A stretch of DNA of 64,000 bases from an uncultured Candidatus Babeliaceae bacterium (GCA_963704655.1 OY969927.1:640001-704000); one strand, 5' to 3'; shown: positions 39,637-50,694, numbered from the stretch's first letter. Made by a program: numbers and translations. The notes: generated by a model not told the origin, from the letters alone.

Positions 39637-41574
39637 TTACGATAATTGTGCGCCGTTTGGAACTGCGTGCTCAGGTGAAATTAAAACCAACTGTTCTTGC
39701 ACGTCTTTGGCAAAAAGCATCATGCCCTGTGATTCAAGGCCCATCATTTTACGTGGCGCCAAATTAAAGACAAAGAGACCCTGCCTGTTTAAAATCTGCT
39801 CAGGTGTGAAAAACTTACGAATACCAGAAAGTATTTGGCGTACGCCGTGCGGACCAAAGTTTACCTTAAGAATATAAAGTTTGTCAGATTTTTCGAGCAC
39901 TTGAACATCTTCAATAGTGCCAACACGTAATTCAACTTTTGCAAAATCATCAATAGTAATTGTTGGAGTAACAGTAGTTTCTGGTATCATAGCGGTCTCT
40001 TGCGTTTCTGGTTTTATTTCAATCTTATTAAACAATATTTCACCCTGCGTAAGCACAAACGTGTCGTTCCAAGGGTGTGAAAGCAATGCGGCAAAAGCAC
40101 CTTGTTCAGTGTTTATCTTTTTGCCAAGCTGTGAAAGCAATTGCTCCATTTTTTTTGGCATTAATGGCCAACACATATGTGCAATAGCATATAGTGCATG
40201 GCACGTTGCAGAAATAACTTCTGCAAATTTTTGTGGCTCAGGATGAGCCCCGCTCATAAGTTTCCAGGGCTGCTGGTTATGGAAATATTTATTCACGTCA
40301 TGCACATATTCCCACACATCTGCATACGCACGGTTCATATAACCCGCTTCCATCTCTTTCATAAAACGAACGATAATATTTTTACCCGTTTCATGAAGTG
40401 CAACAGATTCTGCAGACCACGTTTGTGGTGGCGTAACCGTTGCCACATTATATTTTAAAGCAAGCGTTATGGTGCGGTTAAGTAAATTACCAAGGTCATG
40501 CGCCAAGTCTGAATTAATCCGTTGTTCAAGTTCAGCGTAGGTAAAAGGCGAATCTTGTGTAATGGCCAAATGGCGAACTAAATAGTAACGTACTTGGTCA
40601 ACGCCATACGTTCCAGCAAGCTCAATCGGGTCAACTGCGTTCCCGCGAGATTTTGACATTTTATGCTCGCCGATTTTTATCCAACCGTGCACCAACAGTT
40701 TTTTTGGCATCTGTAGATCACTTGCCATCAAAAATGCTGGCCAATAAACGGCGTGAAAGCGGACTATATCTTTACCAAGCACCTGTAAATCTGCGGGCCA
40801 CCAGAAATTGAACTCCTGCTCTTTGCCCGGGGTACCATAACCAACACCGGTAATATAGTTATTAAGAGCATCTGCCCAAACATAGGTAACATGTTTATTA
40901 TCGCCAGGAAACGGGATTCCCCAAGAAATAGTGGTGCGTGAAATGGAAAGGTCCTTAAGGCCAGATTGCACAAAGCTGACAACTTCCGCCATACGCTCTT
41001 TTGGTGTAATAAAATCTGGGTTATCTTTATAAAATTGTAATAATCTATCTTGGTATGAAGATAATTTAAAAAAGTATGACTCTTCTGAAACATATTCTGT
41101 TACACGGCCACACGTCGGACATAAGGGAATATTTTCTGTAATCGTGTGCGGCATGTCCTTTTCAGTTACGAACGTTTCACATGGCGTACAGTAAAAACCG
41201 GCATAGTGTGATTTGTAGATATCACCCTTTTCAATTAAGCGCTTTATCCAGGCCTGAACAGCTTTCATGTGGTCAGCATCTGTAGTGCGGATAAATTTGG
41301 TGTAATCGATATTGTATAATTTCCAAGCATCTTTATAAGGCGCAATAAAACTATCAACAAACTCTTTTGGTTGTTTGCCGGCTGCTTGAGCAGCTTGCGC
41401 TATTTTTTGGCCATGTTCGTCAGTTCCCGTCAAAAAAAATACTTTTTTATTTTGGAGCTTATTATAACGAGCCGCAACATCTGCAAGCAGCGTTGAATAG
41501 AGTGAGCCTAAATGCGGTCGGGCATTAACATAATAAATGGGGGTTGTTACATAAAATTTATTTTTTTCTGACAT
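39637..41574 (-). CDS. metG: Methionine--tRNA ligase with C-terminal tRNA-binding domain
   Basis: TTPIYYVNARPHLGS, GTDEHGQK, YVWADAL, KMSKS, ESQGM. Confidence 0.97.
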   Translation of the reverse strand: MSEKNKFYVTTPIYYVNARPHLGSLYSTLLADVAARYNKLQNKKVFFLTGTDEHGQKIAQAAQAAGKQPKEFVDSFIAPYKDAWKLYNIDYTKFIRTTDADHMKAVQAWIKRLIEKGDIYKSHYAGFYCTPCETFVTEKDMPHTITENIPLCPTCGRVTEYVSEESYFFKLSSYQDRLLQFYKDNPDFITPKERMAEVVSFVQSGLKDLSISRTTISWGIPFPGDNKHVTYVWADALNNYITGVGYGTPGKEQEFNFWWPADLQVLGKDIVRFHAVYWPAFLMASDLQMPKKLLVHGWIKIGEHKMSKSRGNAVDPIELAGTYGVDQVRYYLVRHLAITQDSPFTYAELEQRINSDLAHDLGNLLNRTITLALKYNVATVTPPQTWSAESVALHETGKNIIVRFMKEMEAGYMNRAYADVWEYVHDVNKYFHNQQPWKLMSGAHPEPQKFAEVISATCHALYAIAHMCWPLMPKKMEQLLSQLGKKINTEQGAFAALLSHPWNDTFVLTQGEILFNKIEIKPETQETAMIPETTVTPTITIDDFAKVELRVGTIEDVQVLEKSDKLYILKVNFGPHGVRQILSGIRKFFTPEQILNRQGLFVFNLAPRKMMGLESQGMMLFAKDVQEQLVLISPEHAVPNGAQLS

Positions 41575-41607
41575 AATATCTACCTAAATTAAAAAAGGCT
41601 TATTCTA

Positions 41608-41642
41608 CTCGCTCATCCTGAGCTCGTCGAAGGGTTAGCGAG
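41608..41642 (+). repeat. Palindromic repeat copy
   Basis: CTCGCTcatcctgagctcgtcgaagggttAGCGAG. Confidence 0.85.
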
Positions 41643-41646
41643 ATTG

Positions 41647-41690
41647 AAAAGAGCCCATGGAAATTAATAGTATCTCCAAGGGCTCTTTTT
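41647..41690 (-). terminator. Terminator-like hairpin
   Basis: AAAAGAGCCC...GGGCTCTTTT. Confidence 0.55.
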
Positions 41691-41714
41691 AGTATAGCAG
41701 TAAAATAGAATTAA

Positions 41715-43595
41715 TTAAAAATAGACATCTAGACCAATGTGGAAGTCAACTTCTTGAGGGATATTTTTACCAGAAACGGTAGCCTCAAAACCTAAGAACG
41801 TTGTTATACATTCACCATGGAAGAATGTCTCTGTGCGGATTCTGTTTGCAACACGGTCAGTATCTGCTGTATACACACATGCGTTAAGCGGCTCAACATT
41901 GCCAGCCCAATCCATAGTAGAGCTCGTGCAAAGTGTAAGTTTATCACGGCTTTTAATATACGCTTCATAACCGAACATCACACCCATGCATTCACAACAA
42001 GGGTTAATAATGTTCACGTTTAGATCGATAATACCATATTGCCATGATGTTTTACCTGGCACGCATGGCCCGATATTTTTAACCGTTGCGCCCGCAAATG
42101 GTGCTGCAACATTATTACTTGCTGGAGTTACCCAGATATAATATGCATCAAAGTTGAATGCTAAGTAACGAAGCTTTTCAATGCCACCAGCGATACCAAG
42201 ACCAACTTCAGGGTGACCGTTGTTACCCGTTGGGAACTTGAGAATATTTAACGGGTTTTTAACTTTAACACCGGTAGGCGCAGTAACCCAGAGACGCCCT
42301 TCAAGATAGCCCCAATCTTTCCAATCATGGCCAAAGAAGAATTCAAAGTTAAGATCACCAAATCCGCTGGTTGTGCCATAGCATGGATTCAAACCAACTT
42401 GACTGACAAAATCAGCAATAGAATTACCATTTGAGCCTAGTGCTTCAAGCGCAGTGGTAATATTGGTAAAGATTGTCTGTGCCGCAGGAAGTAGCAATGC
42501 TTGGTTTGTATCACCAACGTCTCCAACATTAGGAACTACATAAAGCTTTGATGCTGCGGTATGATTTCCAGATAATGCAGCATAGGAAACATCACTTGCT
42601 ACACGACCACGTTCAAGATTACTTAACCCAGAACCGTCACCTAAAACAACGGTTGAACCATTAGATGGAACATCTGCCCAACGAACCGATGAAGGCAAGG
42701 TACTATTTGCACTTTCAATAAATGAAACGGATGGCGCATTTATTGTTGGGGTTCCGGCTTGGGTGATTCCACCAGACATATTTTGACTTGCAATCTGAAT
42801 ATCTGTTGCAGGATATACAACAAGCGGCACAGCATTTCCATTAACATTAAAACTGACACGATTAAGCACATCGAGTAAATCTAAACGCGCAGCGAAGGTA
42901 TTTTGTGTAGCAGCTAAATTTCCAACCTCAATAGACTCTTTGCGTTGTTGAAAGAGATTATCAAGATTTGATGCATTTTCTGATACAGCTGCATTAGTTA
43001 TAGGGTTGCCACATAATGGCTCAACTTTAATATCACGAAATGGCGCACGAATTCTCACACCCGTGTTCCACTGCTTCTCACAGCCAAAACGTCCACTGAA
43101 CGTTGCACCAAACCAAACACCCTGTTCGCGATAGTCAACATTAATAGTAACAGGAGTAAGAATAACAAACGGGTTAATATTTGAGCCATTGGGGATAAAT
43201 GCATTTGCAAATGCTTGTTCAAAAGTAAATGTTGATTGACCAAAATACAATGATGCAAGTGATTCTTTTTGAGTTGGCCCACAGCTTGTGCAGCATGCAT
43301 TAGGGATAGCTATTTGGCCTTTGGTCGTTGTAATAATAGTAGTAGCATTACCAGCAGAGCATATATTATTTTGGTTACAATCATTACCATATGCTTTATT
43401 GGCTGATCGCCAGTAAGCGCCGGTCCAGAAATGAGTATCTAAGTTCCAATCATTAAGGTCTTCACGATCACGATCAAGCGGATAGTGCATATACCCTTCA
43501 AACAAGCTTAACGGCGTACGTGTCTCTTGCCATGCTTGCATGGTGCCTGCTCCTGCAAGCACCAGACCTAACATCGATATAATTTGCTTATTCAT
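41715..43595 (-). CDS. Cys-rich outer-membrane beta-barrel-like protein
   Basis: Signal peptide, amphipathic strands, terminal FHIGLDVYF. Confidence 0.65.
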   Translation of the reverse strand: MNKQIISMLGLVLAGAGTMQAWQETRTPLSLFEGYMHYPLDRDREDLNDWNLDTHFWTGAYWRSANKAYGNDCNQNNICSAGNATTIITTTKGQIAIPNACCTSCGPTQKESLASLYFGQSTFTFEQAFANAFIPNGSNINPFVILTPVTINVDYREQGVWFGATFSGRFGCEKQWNTGVRIRAPFRDIKVEPLCGNPITNAAVSENASNLDNLFQQRKESIEVGNLAATQNTFAARLDLLDVLNRVSFNVNGNAVPLVVYPATDIQIASQNMSGGITQAGTPTINAPSVSFIESANSTLPSSVRWADVPSNGSTVVLGDGSGLSNLERGRVASDVSYAALSGNHTAASKLYVVPNVGDVGDTNQALLLPAAQTIFTNITTALEALGSNGNSIADFVSQVGLNPCYGTTSGFGDLNFEFFFGHDWKDWGYLEGRLWVTAPTGVKVKNPLNILKFPTGNNGHPEVGLGIAGGIEKLRYLAFNFDAYYIWVTPASNNVAAPFAGATVKNIGPCVPGKTSWQYGIIDLNVNIINPCCECMGVMFGYEAYIKSRDKLTLCTSSTMDWAGNVEPLNACVYTADTDRVANRIRTETFFHGECITTFLGFEATVSGKNIPQEVDFHIGLDVYF

Positions 43596-43611
43596 ATTCT
43601 ATTCCTTTTAA

Positions 43612-46600
43612 TTATTGTTGTGGGTTTATTTGTGATAATGCAGGCGCATTCGGAGCTGCAGGATCAACATCAATTCCAACGGCACCAATCGTCAAAGAAT
43701 TACTAGGATTTACATAGGTACCATTTAACCCTTGAATATTTCCAGCAAGTTGTCTTTGTATAGTATTTATGCCGCCTATATTATATACAAAGCCAATTGT
43801 TGACTCACCAAGTGCATTTTTGAAAATAGTTGCAATTTTAGTCTCTTGCGTATTGAATTCGCTCATAGTTAGATAATTAAATAATGCAATACCAGTACCA
43901 TTAGCTATAGGCGTCAATGCCTGTTTTGGGGTATCTTCAAGCGCAGCTTTTGATGCCATAATTCCCGCAGTAACACCTGGGACTGTTACACCAGCGACAT
44001 TCAGGACAATCGGGTTTACCACATTAGTGCCGGTAACAGATGCATCAAGCAATACCATGTTGCCACCGCCCAGAACATCTGCATTAACTGGATCATAGTT
44101 AAAAGTATAACCAGAACCAACACCTGTGTTAATTGGTGCAATTGCAAAAAGACCTGCAAGATTGTTATCACCAGAATAGGTTTGATTATTCTGGAAGGTG
44201 CCTTCAGGGATACTCAATGTGATAGAATTAACATTATATAATCCACCAATAGTCCAAGTATTTGGAGCCGTAGTCGCTGCAGTGCCTGAATTAGGTTTAT
44301 TTACTATCCCAGCGCCAAAGCCTAAAAATCCTTGACTATTAAGATCGAGCAACGCGCCAACGCCGGTAAGAATCAACGTAAAGTCGATTGATGGATTTGC
44401 TTCATTCTGGAACACGTTACCAATCTGGAATGCTCCGCCATATTCAGCAGTTGAACCGATTGAAAATTGTGCATTGTCTGTTAATGCCCACGATTGATTG
44501 GTATACGCGCTATAGTAATTAGTGTACCCATTTCCAACGCTTTCAATACCAACCATCGCCCCACGCGGGATATTAAATTGTGCATTTTCTTTGAAGGTCA
44601 CACGACCAGAACCGATAAAGCTTACACGGGTACCATCAGTTGCTTCGACTGTTGTACCAGTTGTAAGAAGGTTTACTGATGTATCCGGCTCACAGTAACA
44701 TTGTGAGTCGCCTTCAAAAATCAAGGTGCCACCACCAAGAAGCACTTGTGCGCCCGGTTCAAGAACCATGTTCACTTGCCCAGAGATAACGAGTACTTGC
44801 ATCGTTGAAGTAAACTGCGTTAAATCCAAGACACCGTCTGACTTAATACGCAACTCAGTTGGAACCACAGAGTCAATCAAGAGTCTGTTACCAACTACAG
44901 GCGTTGCACCAAATAGCGTACCCGTAACAATATGACAGTAGTTATTAATAAGTGTATTCACATTAAGGCGAACAGTTGCATCACCATTTGGTAACAATGT
45001 AAGACCGTTAATGCCAAGTACTACCGAAGCATTAAGAGAATCTTGATTTCTTGATGCGGTGCCAAGGCCAACAAGCGCATTATTTTGTAATACCAGAACA
45101 CCCACAGGCGCAGTAGCTGAAGCAGTTCCTGGCAAGAAGACAAACTCACGTACAATGCCGTTATATGTTCCATCTATTAAAAGATGAACTTGATCACCAA
45201 GGCGTGAATTTAAAACTTGCAGTTGTTCAACAGAACCATAAATTGTCGGCAAGCCATTTAAATTTGCTGCAGTTACGGGATATAACGTTGCAGGAACAAA
45301 CGGCACGGTTGTCGGTTCATACGGCACAAAGAGCGCTTGACTATAGGTACTACAATAGTCTTTCATTAAATTTTGCCAATCAATAGTGTAATCAGAATAG
45401 GTAATATACTCTGGAACAATCACTAATTCTGATGGATCATTTAAGTTTAATTGCCATTGTGCTATGCCCACACGTGGATCAAAAAATACTTGGTTACTTG
45501 GTAAATTAACATTACCATTTGATGATTTTGTAACCATCATGCCAAAGTTTGCACGGTATTGGCCAACATCAACAACACCATTATAATCAACAAACATGCC
45601 ACCTTGGCCAGTTGTGCCACTCGTTTCTGGGCTATTTAAATCACCACCTTGTGTTGAGAATGAAAAGAACTCACCATTGATAAAAAATGAAGGTAATGAT
45701 GCTCCACCAAAACTAGCATCTTGCGAACCAATAGAGATATTGCTTGCATGAGCCAAGTAAATAGTATTAACACCTAATTGACCATTGATATTGCCAGAAA
45801 TATTTGGCGTTATTTTGTAGTTGTTATATGAAACGCTCACAATTAAATCTATTACTGGGTTTTCGCCGCTATTTGTTTGAATAACATCAAGCTGACCATT
45901 ACGATTAACAATTGTTACCCAATCCGATGCTTCTGAGCCGACCTCTGTTCCAATAATCAAGCTTCTGCCTGTTCCGTTATCAATACATCTGCCATTGCCA
46001 TAGAAAACAAATTGAGTTGTATTAGCATCAAATGGCAACGTGATATTGCTGTCGTTCACCACTTGTAAACTCAATCCGGTTACTGCAGCGCTGGTGTGTA
46101 AGTCAAAGAATGAATTATAAAATTGAATTGCAGGGACCACTAACGAATTTGCACATGGGCAAAGTGGATTAGTTGGTAAACAGATATTTAATCTATCTCC
46201 ACCTATATATGATGCAGAAGATTCTCCAGCAACGTTGTCTTCATAAATCGGGTGAATCTCATCAGTATGCTGCAAATGCATTTGGCTCAATTGCATTTTG
46301 TTATTGATAAAGAAGCAGCCACTGCCATACTGTAAATAATTACCGTTTGCATCTTGCGCAAAAGTACGCAATGGGAATGTTGTATCAGTTTGGTTAATTA
46401 ATACTGAACCGCCTGTTGGAGCAACCTGCCATGAAAGTATCTGGAATGCTGTTGCAAGAGTAACATCATCTGGCGTCGAATTACCATTCACTACTAATGG
46501 CCCTTCAACATCAAGCAAGATAGTGCCTTCATTTGAAAAGTTATTTGCAGGGTTAATGGTGAATGAGATGGTACTGTCTGCACCAAACTCACATGAATTC

Positions 46601-47826
46601 CCTTGACAGTCTACGCCGGATCTGAAATAAATCGCCGAATTACCATACATATTAATTTGTGCTGGATCTGAATTATCCGGATTGCCATCAATAATCATAG
46701 CAGCTGGGTTACGGTCTTTAATTATCCGATTAGTGAAGCGCTGACACGGCACATTAAGAACATCGTTAGGGATGCTTGGTGTTAACGTTACGTTTGTTAT
46801 GGTAACAACATAATCGATATACGTTCCAGCATTAACAGTTAAATTAGAACCTGCACCTAAGACAAAACCTTTTTTAATCACCGTTGTTGACGTTGGAGCC
46901 AATTCACAAAATGGATTAGCCGTTAAACCAGACCATTTTGAATTATTATTAACAATAAGTGTTCCTGCAAAACCGCCCGGCACATTATTTGCAACAAATT
47001 CAATAGTTGGTGAACCATTTGCAGCATTTTCATTAGCAAGATTAAAGGCAATATTTTGCAGTGTTACAGGAAAACCTGTCATCAGTTGAGCAACATCATT
47101 AACTACAGCGCCACCGTTATCAATTTGTAAGATAAAACGGCCTGTGCTTGCTGGATCTATTGAAGCATCAAAGTTAATAGTCCCTGTTTGGCCAAACGCA
47201 TTACCAAGGAAACTGATTGCAGAATTATAACCCACTTCAACAGTAGCGTTTTCTGTTAATGTTGATGTAGCGGGTTGGAAATTAACGGTTGGGCTGCCAC
47301 CTACCATATCAACCAAGAATATAACCCCGCTATTTGCGGTACTTGATGCAACCATGCTTGTTTGACTACATGTTGACCCTGATGCATTTAACGTATTTGC
47401 CAATGCAAAACTTAATGTCTCACCACCAGAAATATTAAAATTCAATGTCCCGCCACCACTTACTGTTATTAAAAAATTTTGCCCATAACTTCCGCTAAAA
47501 AGTAAATCATAAGCCACGTATACATCTGTTACACTATCTGTAGAGACATAGAAATAAAGCTCCTGACTTGAAGAAACAATAGCATCAGCGCTCATGGTAA
47601 CATTAGCTGGAGTCGGACTACCAGTATTATTAATAATGCTTATAGGCGTTAACAAGTAGTTAATTCCCGCTATATCTAAGCCACTAGATGGAGTAATATT
47701 TACATTTCCAGACTGATTACCACCATGCCAATTCATTGCCTCAATATGCACCTGTGTGCACGTAAGCAGCATAAATGCTGCCAGCATAGCATAATATTTG
47801 AATAACATTTTCTCTATCATACTCAT
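43612..47826 (-). CDS. Large (1404 aa) surface/adhesin-like protein, beta-rich
   Basis: Signal peptide (IEA|M); N/T/G/S/V-rich and K/R-poor; co-oriented with OMP gene. Confidence 0.7.
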   Translation of the reverse strand: MSMIEKMLFKYYAMLAAFMLLTCTQVHIEAMNWHGGNQSGNVNITPSSGLDIAGINYLLTPISIINNTGSPTPANVTMSADAIVSSSQELYFYVSTDSVTDVYVAYDLLFSGSYGQNFLITVSGGGTLNFNISGGETLSFALANTLNASGSTCSQTSMVASSTANSGVIFLVDMVGGSPTVNFQPATSTLTENATVEVGYNSAISFLGNAFGQTGTINFDASIDPASTGRFILQIDNGGAVVNDVAQLMTGFPVTLQNIAFNLANENAANGSPTIEFVANNVPGGFAGTLIVNNNSKWSGLTANPFCELAPTSTTVIKKGFVLGAGSNLTVNAGTYIDYVVTITNVTLTPSIPNDVLNVPCQRFTNRIIKDRNPAAMIIDGNPDNSDPAQINMYGNSAIYFRSGVDCQGNSCEFGADSTISFTINPANNFSNEGTILLDVEGPLVVNGNSTPDDVTLATAFQILSWQVAPTGGSVLINQTDTTFPLRTFAQDANGNYLQYGSGCFFINNKMQLSQMHLQHTDEIHPIYEDNVAGESSASYIGGDRLNICLPTNPLCPCANSLVVPAIQFYNSFFDLHTSAAVTGLSLQVVNDSNITLPFDANTTQFVFYGNGRCIDNGTGRSLIIGTEVGSEASDWVTIVNRNGQLDVIQTNSGENPVIDLIVSVSYNNYKITPNISGNINGQLGVNTIYLAHASNISIGSQDASFGGASLPSFFINGEFFSFSTQGGDLNSPETSGTTGQGGMFVDYNGVVDVGQYRANFGMMVTKSSNGNVNLPSNQVFFDPRVGIAQWQLNLNDPSELVIVPEYITYSDYTIDWQNLMKDYCSTYSQALFVPYEPTTVPFVPATLYPVTAANLNGLPTIYGSVEQLQVLNSRLGDQVHLLIDGTYNGIVREFVFLPGTASATAPVGVLVLQNNALVGLGTASRNQDSLNASVVLGINGLTLLPNGDATVRLNVNTLINNYCHIVTGTLFGATPVVGNRLLIDSVVPTELRIKSDGVLDLTQFTSTMQVLVISGQVNMVLEPGAQVLLGGGTLIFEGDSQCYCEPDTSVNLLTTGTTVEATDGTRVSFIGSGRVTFKENAQFNIPRGAMVGIESVGNGYTNYYSAYTNQSWALTDNAQFSIGSTAEYGGAFQIGNVFQNEANPSIDFTLILTGVGALLDLNSQGFLGFGAGIVNKPNSGTAATTAPNTWTIGGLYNVNSITLSIPEGTFQNNQTYSGDNNLAGLFAIAPINTGVGSGYTFNYDPVNADVLGGGNMVLLDASVTGTNVVNPIVLNVAGVTVPGVTAGIMASKAALEDTPKQALTPIANGTGIALFNYLTMSEFNTQETKIATIFKNALGESTIGFVYNIGGINTIQRQLAGNIQGLNGTYVNPSNSLTIGAVGIDVDPAAPNAPALSQINPQQ

Positions 47827-47909
47827 CCTTTTTTGAAAAAAATAATGCTTTTACTCAGAAACTGAGTATGATAGAGAGCTTTCAATCGTGTCAATAAAAA
47901 TAGATTTTT

Positions 47910-48980
47910 CTAAGATTTAATAAGTGCCCAAATCTTGATCAGATCAATCTGATCGATCTGTTTTTTAAAAAATAATAAGTGGGAAAATTCTTGAGCGCCC
48001 ATGCCTGCCAAATCTTTTTGCTGAGAATTGTCCGCAAGCAGTTTCAAAGCAGAGAGTGTACCAGGAAACAGCGCAAATTGTTCACAATGAGAAAGTACAT
48101 TTTCTGGCTGATACAAGAAATTAAGCAACTGGTATACCAACTGCTCATGCTGTGTAGCAACAGAAAGTGCACAATTTTCAATCGTTACAAATGTTTTTTG
48201 CGGAACAAGAAAAGTAATATGCGGAAACTGTTTTTGAGCACGTAAAATATATGAACTTGATGAAACAACCGCAGCACAGTTTCGTGTTGCAAGGAAATAA
48301 TCTGCACGGAAATCAACATACGCTTTAACAAACTTTTTTTGCTTACGCAGGAGCTGCTCAACTATAATAAGCTGCTCAGCATTAAGTCTTTCAGCATTAC
48401 CAAATAAATAGAGTGACGCGAGCATAACCATCTCAATAGGATCATTAACCATGGTAATGGTATACGCATGAAGGGGGTTATCAAATATGAGCTTCCATGG
48501 ATCACGCACCTGTTCATGAGTAAAAACAGAAGCGTCAATGCCGACACCAAAAAGTTCCCACAACCAAGGTATTGAATATTCGTTACCAGGGTCAAAACTA
48601 TGGCCAAGCAATACAGGGTTAAGGTCATGAAAAAAAGTTAATTGTGACCTATCAATTTTTTTAAGTAAATTCTGCTCACGCAAAAGTTGAACAGCATAAT
48701 CAGAAGGCACAATAAGATCAAATCCCTTACCCCCTGTTTTTTTCAATTTAACTAAGAGCTCTTCATTTGAAGAATAGTAACTGAGATTAATCTTAATACC
48801 ACTTTTTTTCTGAAACTCCGCAAGCAAAGCCGGATCAAAAATATCACCCCATGCTGCAATAGTAATACTCTTTTGCGGTCTAAAAAATTCATAAAGCTGC
48901 GTAGTATAAAGCAGGCTCATAAAAACAATAACCCACACTAGCGCAATGGCCCCACGAATAAAAAATTTTACGAGATTCAT
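47910..48980 (-). CDS. potD: Spermidine/putrescine ABC substrate-binding protein
   Basis: YSSNEELL, DLIVPSDY, FDPGNEYSIPW; operon context. Confidence 0.88.
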   Translation of the reverse strand: MNLVKFFIRGAIALVWVIVFMSLLYTTQLYEFFRPQKSITIAAWGDIFDPALLAEFQKKSGIKINLSYYSSNEELLVKLKKTGGKGFDLIVPSDYAVQLLREQNLLKKIDRSQLTFFHDLNPVLLGHSFDPGNEYSIPWLWELFGVGIDASVFTHEQVRDPWKLIFDNPLHAYTITMVNDPIEMVMLASLYLFGNAERLNAEQLIIVEQLLRKQKKFVKAYVDFRADYFLATRNCAAVVSSSSYILRAQKQFPHITFLVPQKTFVTIENCALSVATQHEQLVYQLLNFLYQPENVLSHCEQFALFPGTLSALKLLADNSQQKDLAGMGAQEFSHLLFFKKQIDQIDLIKIWALIKS

Positions 48981-48983
48981 ACA

Positions 48984-49784
48984 CTAGCCTTCGGAACTCT
49001 CTGAAAATGACGTCCAACAAAAAAGTAATACTAATAAACTACTTAAGATAAAAAGCAACGTTGATAATGCATTCATCATGGGTGAAATACCAGTACGCAA
49101 CATAGAAAGAAGATATAATGAAAGTGTTTGCACAGAAGTGCCCGCACAGAAATATGATAATACAAAATCATCAAACGAAATAATAAATATCAAAAGCGCT
49201 GCCGCTATAATCGTTGAACGAAGCAGCGGCACAATAATAGAAAAAAATGTTTGATGTACCGTCGCACCTAAATCAAGAGACGCTTCAACAAGCCGTATAT
49301 CAAGTTCATCAAATCTACCATGTATTAATGGCACTGCAAAGCCAAGCCCCAAAACCGTATGTGCGACTATTAAGGTAACAATACCTAACGGCACACCGCA
49401 TAAAACAAAAAAGGTGAGTAACCCCACACCAAGAACCACTTCTGGAACAATAAGATTAATATAAAAAAGTGAAAAGAGAGACTCGAGCTTAGATGATCTG
49501 CGCCTGAACATACGCAAATACACTAACGCGAGCGAAAGAAGAATACTTATACCCGTTGCGCAAAAAGCAATAATAAATGAATTCAAAAAGGCATACCAAA
49601 CATATGGCGTATTAAAAAGCTCGTGGTACCATGCAAACGTAAATGAAGTCCATGGCGATGGAAATGCAGCGCTATTAAAAGAAAATGCAATAAGAACCAC
49701 AATTGGAATATAGAAAAAGAGATATACCGCAGCTACTGCTGATGCAACAAATAGTTTTTTAAAGAAATTTTGTAACCCGATCAT
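48984..49784 (-). CDS. potC: Polyamine ABC permease (start 49784)
   Basis: FFYIPIVVL, EASLDLGA, SFDDFV. Confidence 0.88.
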   Translation of the reverse strand: MIGLQNFFKKLFVASAVAAVYLFFYIPIVVLIAFSFNSAAFPSPWTSFTFAWYHELFNTPYVWYAFLNSFIIAFCATGISILLSLALVYLRMFRRRSSKLESLFSLFYINLIVPEVVLGVGLLTFFVLCGVPLGIVTLIVAHTVLGLGFAVPLIHGRFDELDIRLVEASLDLGATVHQTFFSIIVPLLRSTIIAAALLIFIISFDDFVLSYFCAGTSVQTLSLYLLSMLRTGISPMMNALSTLLFILSSLLVLLFCWTSFSESSEG

Positions 49785-50617
49785 ACGCGTACCTTTATTG
49801 ACCGAGAAAGTACCATATACATAACAACACTTGCCGCTATTAACACACATGAGCTCATAAAGGTAAACGCAGCACCATATGATGCTGTCTCTGCACCAAG
49901 CACGCAATAAGATACCAGTGAACCCACGCATAAAAACTTATCACCACCCATCAATTCTGGAATAGCAAACTCGCCAAATGATGGCACAAAGACAAGAAAG
50001 AAACCTGAAATAATACCAGGCATAGTTGCAGGAATAAGCACATACCAAATAGTCTGTAGCCAACTTGCACCCAAATCCAGTGAAGCCTCAAAAAAACGGT
50101 TATCAAATTTTTCAAATTGTGTATACAAAGGCAAAATCATAAAGGGCATGTAGTAATATACCATCATGATCATAACGGCAAACCAAGAGTTCAAAAGATC
50201 TAATGGCTGTGAAATAATACCCACTTTAAGAAGTACAGTATTAAGAAAACCATTTTTTTCTAAGACAAAAAACCAAGCATAAATATGCAGTAAAAAGTTT
50301 GTCCAAAAGGGAACAATGAGTAAAAATAGCCCAGGGATACGTAAACGCCCCGCTTTGAATGCTAGAAAATAGGTTAATGGGTAGGCAATGCATAAACAGA
50401 TAACACTGTTTGAAAGGGCCATCACCAACGAACGTACAATCACGGCGCCATAAACCGGTTCAAAAAATGGCCTGAAATATTCAAATGGTTTACCCATAAA
50501 GGCAAGCCCGATAATACAGATAAGTGGCACAACAAAAAAGAGTACCTGCCATACCAATGCCGGCATACCCACGATAAAGGGAAACTCTTTACGGACATTA
50601 TTGAACCAATTTGCCAT
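49781..50617 (-). CDS. potB: Polyamine ABC permease
   Basis: PFWTN, PFMILPLY, EASLDLGA, PELMGG. Confidence 0.9.
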   Translation of the reverse strand: MANWFNNVRKEFPFIVGMPALVWQVLFFVVPLICIIGLAFMGKPFEYFRPFFEPVYGAVIVRSLVMALSNSVICLCIAYPLTYFLAFKAGRLRIPGLFLLIVPFWTNFLLHIYAWFFVLEKNGFLNTVLLKVGIISQPLDLLNSWFAVMIMMVYYYMPFMILPLYTQFEKFDNRFFEASLDLGASWLQTIWYVLIPATMPGIISGFFLVFVPSFGEFAIPELMGGDKFLCVGSLVSYCVLGAETASYGAAFTFMSSCVLIAASVVMYMVLSRSIKVRV

Positions 50618-50619
50618 TA

Positions 50620-50694
50620 TTATCTTTCAACAATTATTACCCCACCGCTCACCCTGAGCGTAGTCGAAGGGTTTTATCTTTCAACAATCACTAC
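50620..50694. repeat. Palindromic repeat (50645-50672) flanked by duplicated potA 3' end
   Basis: ttatctttcaacaat at 50620 and 50674; VIIVER* versus VVIVER*. Confidence 0.85.
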
